From positions 64,001 to 128,000 of IMG/VR virus record IMGVR_UViG_3300005264_000040: a stretch of DNA of 64,000 nt; one strand, 5' to 3'. The notes beneath the pieces were generated by a model, which worked only from the letters and a program-made list of their open reading frames with translations, was not told where the DNA came from and made no database searches. Each line of letters begins with the position of its first letter. The stretch's first letter is position 1. Below, piece after piece: positions 1 through 9,988 of the stretch. Position numbers and translations under genes: made by a program. This DNA is from a virus.

Positions 1-13
1 AAAAGAAAAAGGT

Positions 14-721
14 ATGAATCCTGAAGAAGCGCAAGAAACTTTAATTCAACAATTAAAAACACAAGGATATGAACCTTATCAAGAACAAAACACAGAACAA
101 AACGCAAAACAAGAAACTCCAGAGGAGATAACAGAAGAAGAAGTGCAAGCTGCATATAACGATTTAATACAGCAAGGATATTCTCCTGAAGAAGCAGAAA
201 CTGCTATTTTGCAAGCTTTGAAAGAGCAGGGATATGAAGTAGAAAATATGGAACAAGCTAATGAAATTGAAAATATAGATGAAGAACAATTAGTAAATTC
301 AATTTTAGAAAATGGTATTGAAGAACAAGATATAGAAGATGCATACAACGAATTAATACAAAGCGGATTATCTCCTGAAGAAGCACAAGAAGCTTTAGAA
401 GAAACACTTCAAGAATTATCTCAAATAGCAGAAATAAATCAAGCTTATAACGAATTGATACAACAAGGATATACTCCAGAACAAGCACAACAAGCTATAG
501 CTGAAGCATTAGAAACAGAACCTCAAGAAGGACAAGAGGAAGTTACACAAGAAGATGTAGATGCAGCATTTGAACAATTATTGCAACAAGGATACTCTCC
601 AGATGATGCTTTAAATATAATACAACAAAATTTGGCGGAGTTAGGCTATTCTTTAGAAGAAGGAGAAGAAGAAAATACTGATATAGATACAGATACTTTA
701 TTAAATATGTTAAGGGAATAA
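14..721 (+). CDS. Highly acidic helical-repeat protein (possible scaffold/internal head protein), 5'-truncated
   Basis: Repeats A(Y/F)(N/E)xL(I/L)Q(Q/S)G(Y/L)(S/T)P(E/D)(E/Q/D)A x4 plus degenerate copies; frame is open to the window edge (AAA GAA AAA GGT ATG = KEKGM, itself fitting the repeat). Confidence 0.75.
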   Translation: MNPEEAQETLIQQLKTQGYEPYQEQNTEQNAKQETPEEITEEEVQAAYNDLIQQGYSPEEAETAILQALKEQGYEVENMEQANEIENIDEEQLVNSILENGIEEQDIEDAYNELIQSGLSPEEAQEALEETLQELSQIAEINQAYNELIQQGYTPEQAQQAIAEALETEPQEGQEEVTQEDVDAAFEQLLQQGYSPDDALNIIQQNLAELGYSLEEGEEENTDIDTDTLLNMLRE

Positions 722-780
722 AGGGTTAAGAGCGGAAAGCTCTTCCCCCTTTCTTAATAAAAGAAAGGATGGTGTAAATA

Positions 781-1290
781 ATGTTGAAATTGCCTAAGCA
801 ATATATTGCAATAATAAAAAATAAACCAGTAATAAAACAACCAAAAAAAATAAGATTTAAAAAGAATGCATCTTTAAAAAAAGAAGCTTTCATAGGAGCT
901 TTAGCTGGTACTTTTGGAAAAGCTTTGGTTGGTGATTTAGCAAAAAAAACTTCAAAAAAACTACTAGGCGGAAATGATGATAGTTTAATGCAAACTTATA
1001 AAAGCAAAATGCAAATAGTTGCACAATCAGCTCCTTATCATGGTTCTATTTCTGCAATGAAAAGAGAAATGGTTCCTTTGATGCAAAAGAAATTTCCTGA
1101 ATTAGATAAATCAAAATTAGAAAAATATATAGTAGATATTTATAGAATTGCACCTTTTATTTTTGTATCACCTGCAGTAGTAGAATCTGCTTTAAAAAGA
1201 GTGGTAACCTATGATGGAATAGACGTAGCTTTTGCTAAAGAACTAGCAGCAGCCAACCAGAACATAATGAAACAATATGTTTTGGTTTAA
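781..1290 (+). CDS. Putative internal head protein
   Basis: SD GGATGGTG; basic N-terminal leader ending KNAS/KEAF; lies in head operon. Confidence 0.6.
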   Translation: MLKLPKQYIAIIKNKPVIKQPKKIRFKKNASLKKEAFIGALAGTFGKALVGDLAKKTSKKLLGGNDDSLMQTYKSKMQIVAQSAPYHGSISAMKREMVPLMQKKFPELDKSKLEKYIVDIYRIAPFIFVSPAVVESALKRVVTYDGIDVAFAKELAAANQNIMKQYVLV

Positions 1291-1310
1291 AAAAAGGTTG
1301 GTGATAACAA

Positions 1311-2921
1311 GTGATTGAAAAAACAATTTATCCTGATATATTAGGAACTGAAGAAGCTATATGGGGTTTTACAGATAAAAAAGATTTTATAAAAAAAGCA
1401 AGTATAAATTTTCAAGGAGAAATAGATCCTCAATTAAGAGAATTCCTTGATAATTTTAAACCAGACCCTAATTATGCATATGCACATGTTGTTGCAGTAG
1501 GAGCAGGAGAATATTGGGATGCAAATAGAAATGGCGATTACTTTCCAGAAAAATCATTAATAGAAAGCTATCATACTTTTTTAGATGGAAAAGTTTATGT
1601 AGAACACCAACATTCAGATGAATATGCAATAGGTAAAATAGTATTTGCTTATTACAATAAAAAGATGCATAGAGTAGAATTAATTATTGCTATAGATAGA
1701 GGCTTATCTCCAGAAACAGCCGAACAATTGGATAAAGGTGAAATGTTTGATGTTTCAATGGGTTGTAAAGTTCCATATGATGTTTGTTCTGTTTGCGGAA
1801 ATAAAGCTAAAACAACGGCAGAATATTGTGAGCATTTAAAGTATCAAATGGGAAAAATACTTGATAATCCTAAAGGGTTAAGAGTATATGCAATTAATGA
1901 AAAACCGACGTTTTTTGACATAAGTAAAGTTGCAGTGGGTGCAGAACCAACTGCGAAAGCTTTAAAGAAGGTGGCCTCTTTGAAAGGTTCTAATATAATG
2001 CTAAAGAAAGCAAAAGAAGATAAATATGCTTCTATTTTGAAAAAATTAAAAGGTTTAGCAATTGGAATGGATTCGGATGACTTTGCAAGAAATGCTGATA
2101 TAGAATTAGATAAAACAGAACCAATTCCAAAAGTAGTAATAATTAAAATGGTAAGGGAAGCAGATGGGGATCCTTTAGCTGTAATAAGAGAAGGTATGAG
2201 ATTTGGAATTCAATTTAGAGATGATGAAATAGATCAAATGCTTAGATGTGGAGACCCCGCTTTTGGAGCTTTGAATCAATCTGAAATGGGAAGTCTTATA
2301 GCTAATCCTTATAGACCATTGCCTGGAAGAGCAGGATTAGGTATAAGAAGAATGTTAGCATCATTTATGCCAAGACGTTCCTATTTGCCATATTTCTTTA
2401 TGCTGAGAATGGCACACAACCCTATTAACAAACTTGCATCAATAAGTAAAATGCCAGTTTTTCATGAAATGTATAGAACTGCTTTAGAAAAGAATGCAAG
2501 TCTTGTAGGAGATGTAGGAGAAGTAGGATTATTATTAGCTTTATTAGCAGCAGTAAAAAACAAACCAAAATATTATGTGGATCCATATGAAATATATAAA
2601 GCAAAAACAGTTAAAAGAAATGATCCATTTGTAAAACAATCTTCTTATCAAGATTATATGGAAAAAATTGCGGTAGTGTTCGGTCCAGTAATTTCTTTTG
2701 GTACAGGATTAGCAGCTTCACACGCTTTGAGTAGGCAAGCTAATCAAGAGAATGTAAGAAGAGCAAAAAGAGGAGAAATGCCAGATCCAATGTTAGATTA
2801 TTTAGCAAAACATCCAAATTTAGTAGGTTTTGCCGCAGGAGCAGCACTGTATCCAAGAACTAGAAAATTCTTTACTGCTGGATTAAAAGCTGCAAAAAAA
2901 GGAAAAACAATAGGAATTTAA
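1311..2921 (+). CDS. Prohead maturation protease (assemblin/HK97 clan SH-like) with Zn finger and long C-terminal extension
   Basis: NRNGDYF, YVEH (His), DVSMGC (Ser), CSVCGN...YCEHL, FFDISKV...AEPTA; upstream of capsid gene. Confidence 0.85.
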   Translation: MIEKTIYPDILGTEEAIWGFTDKKDFIKKASINFQGEIDPQLREFLDNFKPDPNYAYAHVVAVGAGEYWDANRNGDYFPEKSLIESYHTFLDGKVYVEHQHSDEYAIGKIVFAYYNKKMHRVELIIAIDRGLSPETAEQLDKGEMFDVSMGCKVPYDVCSVCGNKAKTTAEYCEHLKYQMGKILDNPKGLRVYAINEKPTFFDISKVAVGAEPTAKALKKVASLKGSNIMLKKAKEDKYASILKKLKGLAIGMDSDDFARNADIELDKTEPIPKVVIIKMVREADGDPLAVIREGMRFGIQFRDDEIDQMLRCGDPAFGALNQSEMGSLIANPYRPLPGRAGLGIRRMLASFMPRRSYLPYFFMLRMAHNPINKLASISKMPVFHEMYRTALEKNASLVGDVGEVGLLLALLAAVKNKPKYYVDPYEIYKAKTVKRNDPFVKQSSYQDYMEKIAVVFGPVISFGTGLAASHALSRQANQENVRRAKRGEMPDPMLDYLAKHPNLVGFAAGAALYPRTRKFFTAGLKAAKKGKTIGI

Positions 2922-2932
2922 AATTTTAAAAT

Positions 2933-3259
2933 ATGGAGGTGTTCTTAATGGATGATATGATCAAAACTGCAGCAGATGCTGAAATAGCAAGATTAGGTGA
3001 AATAATGGGAAATTCATTTGCAGATGCAGTTTTAAAGAAGTTTGCTTCTGCTGGAATCACAACAGAACAAGCAACAGAAATATTAGCCAAAGAAGCAGCT
3101 GATAATGAAGTTTCAGGCGTAGTTGCAAAATTAAAAAGTTTAGCAGGAGCAGAATTAGTGAGTGCTATGAAGTCGTTGAGCCCTGATATGCAGAGAAAAG
3201 TTTTAGAAGCATCACCAGAATTAAAACAGAAACTTGCACAAGCTATGGCTGGTAAGTAA
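2933..3259 (+). CDS. Small helical internal head/scaffold protein (likely start ATG 2948)
   Basis: SD GGAGGTG precedes ATG 2948; KTAA, KFAS and KEAA motifs. Confidence 0.6.
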   Translation: MEVFLMDDMIKTAADAEIARLGEIMGNSFADAVLKKFASAGITTEQATEILAKEAADNEVSGVVAKLKSLAGAELVSAMKSLSPDMQRKVLEASPELKQKLAQAMAGK

Positions 3260-3293
3260 AAATGGTTTTAAAAACCAAAGAAGGTGATAACTT

Positions 3294-4004
3294 ATGAGTT
3301 TAGGAGAAGTTTTAATAAATACTACAGCAGTAAGACAAGTACTTGCAGATACTCCGATTATGGAACATATAAAAAGTGCAGCTTTAAGTCCGAAAGTTTT
3401 GAAATTATTATCAAAAACAAAAAAAGTAGGCGCTGCCGCTGCCGCTGGTTCCAAATTAGGTAAAACAAAAGAAATGTTAGATACTGCTTCAAGTGCTGGC
3501 AATTTAGCTTTTACAGGTTTGATGCTTGGTTCAATGGCACAAATGCAAAATGACGCTAAAGAAAAAGAAGAACAACAGAAGACTGCAAGTGTGGCTGGAT
3601 TGTTGATGAAACCAGTAAAATTTGTAGCAAAAAAGACTGGGAAATTTGCTTTAAAGCATGCTTTACCAGTAGCTGGAGTTGCTTCAGATTTGTCACAAAT
3701 GAGTGCAGCTAAACAGAAACCTTTAAATTTAACAGGAAAATATGCTTCTTATGAAGAAGGTGCAGATTTAAAAGATGTTATTGACGAAGCGTTAGGAAGT
3801 TTGAATGATTTTGAAGTAGAAAATTTTGAAGTAGAAAATATTAAGACTGCTTCAACTTCTGAAGGTACTTTAAAGGAAATTATGGAAATTTCGATGTCTC
3901 CTGAATCAATTGAATACACATTCGCGCCTTCAGAAGGAACAAGCGCAAATTACGATGATGTAATGGCGGAAATAGATCAAATTTCAGCGTTAGATTTAAT
4001 GTAA
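3294..4004 (+). CDS. Scaffold-like/internal head polyprotein
   Basis: Four K-x-A-[S/A] motifs separate amphipathic basic segments and an acidic C-terminal segment; upstream of decoration and capsid genes. Confidence 0.6.
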   Translation: MSLGEVLINTTAVRQVLADTPIMEHIKSAALSPKVLKLLSKTKKVGAAAAAGSKLGKTKEMLDTASSAGNLAFTGLMLGSMAQMQNDAKEKEEQQKTASVAGLLMKPVKFVAKKTGKFALKHALPVAGVASDLSQMSAAKQKPLNLTGKYASYEEGADLKDVIDEALGSLNDFEVENFEVENIKTASTSEGTLKEIMEISMSPESIEYTFAPSEGTSANYDDVMAEIDQISALDLM

Positions 4005-4032
4005 ATTATAAATATATTTAGGAGGTGTTTTT

Positions 4033-4425
4033 ATGTTTGAAGTTAGAACAGGTGTTATGAATGTACTCCATATTTCAAAGGAATTAGGCGTTGCTCCAGA
4101 AGTTTTAAAATATGGGATGGCAGTAACGGTAAATAATGAAGGAAAGGTTGTTCCACCAATAAAGGGTAAAGGGCCAATTTTCTTTGTATGGTCACATCCT
4201 GAAAGACCATCTGTAAAAGAATCAAATACAGTTGATTTAATTATGGGGGACATGTTAATTGAAACAAACAACTTTGACCCTGCAACAGCATCAATGCTTG
4301 TATCAGGAACAGCAGTGACTGTTGATAATCAAGGAAGACTTATTCCTGCTGACACAGCAGCTGGAGATTATGTAGTGGGTACAGTTGTGAAATTTAATGG
4401 TACAACTGTAGAAGTAAAAATATAA
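4033..4425 (+). CDS. Capsid decoration/cement protein
   Basis: 130 aa beta-rich (GTAVTVDNQGRLIPA...VVGTVVK) directly upstream of capsid gene; strong SD. Confidence 0.7.
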   Translation: MFEVRTGVMNVLHISKELGVAPEVLKYGMAVTVNNEGKVVPPIKGKGPIFFVWSHPERPSVKESNTVDLIMGDMLIETNNFDPATASMLVSGTAVTVDNQGRLIPADTAAGDYVVGTVVKFNGTTVEVKI

Positions 4426-4453
4426 TTAAGATAAATTAAAAATATTTTAGGAG

Positions 4454-5344
4454 GTGTTTTTAATGAACGTATCATTCGAATATATCAACAACAATTACAC
4501 TGATATGGTAAAAACGGCAGCAGCTCAAGTAGATGAATACGGTGCATACTTTTTAAGAACAAAAATCAGAGAAGCTTCTTTCTTCAGAGCTATACTTGAT
4601 CCAGAACCAAAGACATGGCAAGAACTTATCAGAGGTTGGAACGAAGAAGAACCATACGTAGTAGTACATAAAGAACCAGATGCTACTGCATTCGTTATTG
4701 ACTTCCGTGGTGAAACTCCATATAAATACGTAGAAGAAGAAAGATATCCTGTTTATTTCAAACAGATCCAAGCAGAAAACTACGAAAAGGATCTTATCGA
4801 ATTAAAAATAACAAAGATTCCTTTAATCAAAATCTTAAAAGATATCATGCTCAAAGAAATAGCTTACACAGAAGATAAATCATTTATGCAGACATTAGAA
4901 GCTGCTGTTAATGATGGTGGTAAAATACTTAATTCTTCTAATCCATTACCTCAAAGAGAAGATTTTGTAAATCTCATGAATTTGCTTGATGGTGACAAAT
5001 TAAAGACAGAATTAATCCTTATGTCAAATGTTATGTTCAACAACATTCAGCTTTGGAATTATGCTGATTTCGGTGAAAAATTAGTTGGTGAAGTAACAGT
5101 TAATGGATTAAAAATTCCAACATTATTTGGAAGAAAATTAATTACTACAAATAAAACTGATTTAGTTCCTGAAGGAGTAGCTTATGCATTCACTGCAAGA
5201 GAATTCTTAGGACATTCATTCAAAATAGAAGATGTTAATTTCTATACCAAGACAGATAAGAAGAAAATGACATTTACAGCTTGGGAATTTTTAGGTGCTT
5301 CTATAGGAAACTCAAAAGCTGTAGCAAAGTTAGTTCTTGCATAA
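4454..5344 (+). CDS. Major capsid protein, HK97 fold (likely start ATG 4463)
   Basis: Position after protease and decoration genes; RTKIREASFFRAIL, LFGRKLITT, AWEFLGASIGNSKAVAKL; biased codon use; strong SD; followed by terminator. Confidence 0.85.
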   Translation: MFLMNVSFEYINNNYTDMVKTAAAQVDEYGAYFLRTKIREASFFRAILDPEPKTWQELIRGWNEEEPYVVVHKEPDATAFVIDFRGETPYKYVEEERYPVYFKQIQAENYEKDLIELKITKIPLIKILKDIMLKEIAYTEDKSFMQTLEAAVNDGGKILNSSNPLPQREDFVNLMNLLDGDKLKTELILMSNVMFNNIQLWNYADFGEKLVGEVTVNGLKIPTLFGRKLITTNKTDLVPEGVAYAFTAREFLGHSFKIEDVNFYTKTDKKKMTFTAWEFLGASIGNSKAVAKLVLA

Positions 5345-5371
5345 TAAAAGCCTCTTTGAGAGGCTTTTATT
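5343..5371 (+). terminator. Intrinsic terminator after capsid gene
   Basis: Perfect 13-bp stem AATAAAAGCCTCT-TTG-AGAGGCTTTTATT. Confidence 0.8.
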
Positions 5372-5414
5372 GCATTGTATGTTTTTATAATTATATTAGA
5401 AGGGGGTAATTTAA

Positions 5415-5858
5415 TTGAAAATCAGGGTAAGATCTAGTAATCCAAACAAATATATTTCTTTAAAAACAATGATTATTGGGAAAGAGTGGGTTGTAGTAGA
5501 TGATTCAAATCCAATTATAAAACGATTGCTAAAAGGTGGTTTTATAGAAACATATAGCGCATCGAAAAAAAATCAAAAACATTTAGAAGAAAAAGTAAAA
5601 AGTAATGTATCAATGAAAAATAAAGGTTTTATATATTTTGCTAAAGATAAAAAGAAAATGAAATACGGCGAAGTTTTAGATTCAGAAAAATTGCCAAATA
5701 GTCAAGAAGAAATAAAAATGTTTATTGATAGAGGTGTTTTAGTAGAAGTTTCTGAAAAGACGGAAGAAAAACCAAAAAAAGAAGAAAAAACAGAAGAGGT
5801 TGTTGAAGAAAAAACTCAAGAAAAGAAAATAAAGAAAAATTCAAAAAAGAAGCAATGA
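5415..5858 (+). CDS. Hypothetical virion-associated protein
   Basis: SD AGGGGG; two similar short domains plus K/E-rich tail. Confidence 0.6.
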   Translation: MKIRVRSSNPNKYISLKTMIIGKEWVVVDDSNPIIKRLLKGGFIETYSASKKNQKHLEEKVKSNVSMKNKGFIYFAKDKKKMKYGEVLDSEKLPNSQEEIKMFIDRGVLVEVSEKTEEKPKKEEKTEEVVEEKTQEKKIKKNSKKKQ

Positions 5859-5887
5859 AATTAATAATGAAAGCGGGATGATTTTTT

Positions 5888-6568
5888 ATGATACTAATTA
5901 GAACTCTTTCACTTTACTTAAAAGTACCAAGGACTACAAACAGACTAATTTCAGTAACAATAGGAAAATATCATCTTACCGACACAAGACACTTATCTGT
6001 GTGGATACAGCCTGCTCCCGCTTTTAAAAAAATAACTGCTTATGTTCCACATTTAAATTCAAGAAGAGAGATACATCTCCACTGCACAATACAAGGTTAT
6101 GGTGAATTCGAACCTTTTATAAAAAAATTAAGAGAGGTACTTTTAGACAATGAATTAGCTAATGATTTATTAAATTCTAAAGAGTTTTCAAATGAAACAT
6201 TGTACAAAGCTCTTCGCTTCTCTTTAGAAACAATAAACACAGCGCCTCCTATGCAAACTGCTTTTGGAATATTAACATTTCCACGACCGCAACTAATAAT
6301 AGACGGAGCTCTAGTATATTTATATAGAAGTTTAATGTTGTTAGAGTATAGAAATCAATTGAATTATGCAAATTCTCAAATAAATGTAGGCATTCATGAT
6401 AAAGGTCCAATTTATCAACAATTATATAATCAATTCAAACAAGAATTTGAAATGAAAGTAGCTAAATTCAAATCTCAATATAATGTAGAAAACAGTTGGT
6501 CAGGTGTATTTGGATTAGAATATGGTGATTGGGATTATTCGTGGTTGCCTGATATAGGATGGTGGTAG
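5888..6568 (+). CDS. Head completion/neck protein 1
   Basis: Helical C-terminal part (KLREVLLD...IIDGAL..LYRSL...QLNY) typical of head-tail adaptors; syntenic position. Confidence 0.65.
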   Translation: MILIRTLSLYLKVPRTTNRLISVTIGKYHLTDTRHLSVWIQPAPAFKKITAYVPHLNSRREIHLHCTIQGYGEFEPFIKKLREVLLDNELANDLLNSKEFSNETLYKALRFSLETINTAPPMQTAFGILTFPRPQLIIDGALVYLYRSLMLLEYRNQLNYANSQINVGIHDKGPIYQQLYNQFKQEFEMKVAKFKSQYNVENSWSGVFGLEYGDWDYSWLPDIGWW

Positions 6569-6569
6569 T

Positions 6570-7397
6570 ATGTCAGCTTATTATGCTAAATTATATGTAA
6601 AACAAGAAGGTGAGCATATTAAACTCAGTCCTATAATTGTAGGTTTGGATTATTCCAAAATTAAAACGATAGCGCTCTACATAGGCAACGCGTCCAACAC
6701 CTTAGAGTTATATGAAAAACTTGGGACTGATACCCAATACTTTAAAATACCTTCAGGACTCGCTTTAAATTATAATGGGTATTCAGTGATTGCCCAAGTA
6801 AAAATTTTTGATTTTGAAGATAAACTCTTAATGGAATCTATGCCTTTAAATTTAACAGGAACTTTTAGCCATATATCTGAAATTATAAAAGAAAAAATAG
6901 ATAAGGCAATCCGTTCAGTGGATGGAGAACCTTATGCTCTTTTGGCAAGGAAAATATTAGGGAGTCCCTGTTCCGTGTGCAGAAATGTTTTTACAAACAC
7001 GGCCTCTGATCCAAATTGTCCTGTTTGTTTTGGGACAGGAATCGAGGGTGGTTATTATAAAGGGATCTCTGTGTTTTTAAGGAAGTTAAAGATTCCAAAT
7101 AGGAGATATGTTTCTGAACAAAAACCAGCATTTCAAACATCACCCGATGAAATTTTCCAAGGGTCTGCAAAAAACCTTATGAAAGAAGGCGATGTGTTGG
7201 TTAATTTAAAAACAGGAGTGCGTTTTAAAATATATGCAGTGGAGATGTCCTCTTTTAGGAATATACCCGTAGATCAGACAATTTATGCTAAAAGGATAAA
7301 GGGTGATGTAATAGAGAAAAAAATCCCAGTACCTCCAAACCTCTATGCACAGGTGGAAACCGAACGTTTAGCACGTTTGACCAATCGCATGTTATAA
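6570..7397 (+). CDS. Neck/head-closure protein with Zn finger
   Basis: CSVC...CPVCFGTGIEGGYY, then beta-barrel (KEGDVLV..GVRFKI); syntenic position. Confidence 0.7.
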   Translation: MSAYYAKLYVKQEGEHIKLSPIIVGLDYSKIKTIALYIGNASNTLELYEKLGTDTQYFKIPSGLALNYNGYSVIAQVKIFDFEDKLLMESMPLNLTGTFSHISEIIKEKIDKAIRSVDGEPYALLARKILGSPCSVCRNVFTNTASDPNCPVCFGTGIEGGYYKGISVFLRKLKIPNRRYVSEQKPAFQTSPDEIFQGSAKNLMKEGDVLVNLKTGVRFKIYAVEMSSFRNIPVDQTIYAKRIKGDVIEKKIPVPPNLYAQVETERLARLTNRML

Positions 7398-7415
7398 TTA
7401 AAGGGAGGTTTTTAT

Positions 7416-8039
7416 ATGGGACATATAAATTCGAATATACCTTTTGGTGCTTTGGAAAAGAAACATTTTCCTACAACAGAATGGCAAAGTTTAGAAGAAA
7501 GAATTTCTGATATTATTATTTCTTGGATTTTGAATGTCATAAAAAGTCATACAACATATAGTTATGACGAAGAAATACAAAAGTCGGATATTTATGTAGG
7601 TGTTCCTTGGAATATAAATAATATAGAACATATGCCGGCACGTTTAATTACATTTGAAGTTCAGAGTTATGGGGACAATAAACCCTTTGATGTATTTAAA
7701 CATGATACAAGGCCTATCCCAGGTGATGTCCCAACAGGTAGTACTTATGAAATTTTTAGTGTTCAGGGAATGTTGTATGTACAAACACCAAATAGGTTAG
7801 AAACTCAAAGATTAATCTTTTTACTTTACACTGCTTTTAAACATTACGAAAGACAATTTTTGAAATACAGAATTAGAAATATATTCCCAGGAGTAGTTTC
7901 GACAGCACAAGCATCACAAGCTGCGGATGTATCCTACGTTTCTCAAATGTCTGTAAGTTTTGAATATGAATTTAGTAGTTTTGTAAAGGACTTAAGAGAA
8001 TTTACAATAAATAACATAAGGTTAGTTTTAAATTATTAA
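7416..8039 (+). CDS. Tail terminator/completion protein
   Basis: Between neck and sheath genes; alpha/beta pattern. Confidence 0.55.
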   Translation: MGHINSNIPFGALEKKHFPTTEWQSLEERISDIIISWILNVIKSHTTYSYDEEIQKSDIYVGVPWNINNIEHMPARLITFEVQSYGDNKPFDVFKHDTRPIPGDVPTGSTYEIFSVQGMLYVQTPNRLETQRLIFLLYTAFKHYERQFLKYRIRNIFPGVVSTAQASQAADVSYVSQMSVSFEYEFSSFVKDLREFTINNIRLVLNY

Positions 8040-8066
8040 AGAATATATTTGTGGAGGTGACATTAA

Positions 8067-9929
8067 ATGCCTTATAAGAAACCAGGTGTTACGGTAGTAC
8101 AAGAATTTACACAACCGGCAGTGCCGGAGATTACAACAATATTGCCACCTGCAATAATTGGTGCATGTAATGTTGTAATAGAAGGACAGAATGCAAATAC
8201 GGGAACTGTTTTTAATCTCAACGAAGAATTAACACAGAATCCTGGAGCAACTAATTTAGGAGTTATAGTTGCTTTCGAAGATCCATATAATCCTTCAATG
8301 GATGTAGAAGATCCTAGTTCTGTTAGGGTTTTACTTGTAGAAAAGAAAAATGCTGATGCATTTGATTACAGACCTTTTGTAAGAGAATTCATGCAAAATA
8401 TAGGAGCACATCCTAAAAAGGCATTTTTGCCAAAATACCCTTATGCAGAAATCAAAAAATCTTGGTTAGAACATATGCCAGGTTATGGTGTTGAAATCAA
8501 AAACATCGAACAATGGGATGCTTCATCAACAGGAAACATCGCTGATATTTTAGAAACATATAATGGTTTTACTTTTGATGCTGATTTAGATTACATGATT
8601 TTCGTATTCTACAAAGCTCATAGAACATCAGAAATAAAGAAACAAATTATCGTAAATGTGAATGACACTGCAAGCACAATTTATCTTGAAGATGCTCCAT
8701 TGACAGATTCACCAGTTATAATAACAATGGGTACAAATCAATATAATGAAAGTCCAAGTACTTTTGAAGTAGATAGAGTTGGAGGTATAATTAGACTTGC
8801 TCCTGGTTTTATTACAGGTTCAGATGTATATCTAACAGTTGATTATGCTATCTACAATCCTATTTATAACAAACCTGTAGCATTACACCAAGTCCAGGAT
8901 ATACAAAAAGAATTTGGTCCAATACATCCATATAATCCTGTAGCTTACGGTGCTTATTTAGCTATGATGAAAAATGGAAACATCGGAAAGACTGTATATG
9001 CTATTGCAGCTGAAACACCAAACAGTCAATTGACTGATGACTTAGATCCTGATGTTGGATTAGGTAACGCATTAAATAACATTAATAAAGTAAATTATTA
9101 TACTTTAGCAGTTATGGCTGATGTAAAACTTGGCGTGGGTGCTTCTACTGTTTATGACAGAGTAGAAAGCTTGATTAATCAAAATGCTGATGAATATGCA
9201 TCAAGACCAACAATTGCTATGTTAGGATTTAAAACATTGACAAGTGCTTCTAATTTGTTCTTAACTGAACTTAATACAGAAAAGATAATGAAAGATATTA
9301 ATCTTTTCTTTAGAGCAAAAATAAATAGAAGAATTAGAGTAGTATTCCCACCATTACTTAAAACTAAATATGCAGGAGAAACTTTGGTAATTCCTGGATA
9401 CTTCTATGGTGCAATGTATGCTGGGTTGGTACAAGCATATGAAGATAAAGCTGCTACTCCATTTACATTGAAACAAGAACCAGATATAATAGGTTTTTAT
9501 TATCCAAATGGAACAGACATGTTCTTCACTGACAAAGAATTAGATATAATTGCAGCTGAAGGTGCTTGGATTTTATTCATGGATGAAAACAATGTAGTAA
9601 AAATCAGACATCAATTAACAATGGATACAACAATGCCAGAAAAGAGAGAAGATTCAATCGTTAGAGCTATGGACTTCATCTCAAAAGATTTAAAAGCATT
9701 CATCTATTCAATGATGCCAGAGAAAAATATTACCCCTTCTTTGATCAATAATTTGAGAATTATGATTGCTAATAAAATTCAAAATTATATAGAGAATGAA
9801 TTAGCAGGTGCTGGTACTCAATTAGTTTCTATTGAGAAAGATCCAGAATCACCAGATAGTTTAATAGCTATCTTAGATTATCAACCACTTTATCCATTTA
9901 ATAGAATGAGAATTGTAATTAGAGTATAA
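8067..9929 (+). CDS. Contractile tail sheath protein
   Basis: MPYKKPGVTVVQEF start; C-terminal VKIRHQLT...EDSIVRAMDFI...YQPLYPFNRMRIVIRV sheath signature. Confidence 0.9.
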   Translation: MPYKKPGVTVVQEFTQPAVPEITTILPPAIIGACNVVIEGQNANTGTVFNLNEELTQNPGATNLGVIVAFEDPYNPSMDVEDPSSVRVLLVEKKNADAFDYRPFVREFMQNIGAHPKKAFLPKYPYAEIKKSWLEHMPGYGVEIKNIEQWDASSTGNIADILETYNGFTFDADLDYMIFVFYKAHRTSEIKKQIIVNVNDTASTIYLEDAPLTDSPVIITMGTNQYNESPSTFEVDRVGGIIRLAPGFITGSDVYLTVDYAIYNPIYNKPVALHQVQDIQKEFGPIHPYNPVAYGAYLAMMKNGNIGKTVYAIAAETPNSQLTDDLDPDVGLGNALNNINKVNYYTLAVMADVKLGVGASTVYDRVESLINQNADEYASRPTIAMLGFKTLTSASNLFLTELNTEKIMKDINLFFRAKINRRIRVVFPPLLKTKYAGETLVIPGYFYGAMYAGLVQAYEDKAATPFTLKQEPDIIGFYYPNGTDMFFTDKELDIIAAEGAWILFMDENNVVKIRHQLTMDTTMPEKREDSIVRAMDFISKDLKAFIYSMMPEKNITPSLINNLRIMIANKIQNYIENELAGAGTQLVSIEKDPESPDSLIAILDYQPLYPFNRMRIVIRV

Positions 9930-9933
9930 AACC

Positions 9934-9964
9934 GGATTGATAGCCTGCAGAGGCTATCATATCC
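9934..9964 (+). other. RNA hairpin between sheath and tube genes (processing/stability element or weak terminator)
   Basis: TGATAGCCT-GCAG-AGGCTATCA, extendable by GGAT/ATCC; no adjacent long U-tract. Confidence 0.45.
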
Positions 9965-9988
9965 TTTATAAAGAAGGTTGGTGTAAAA

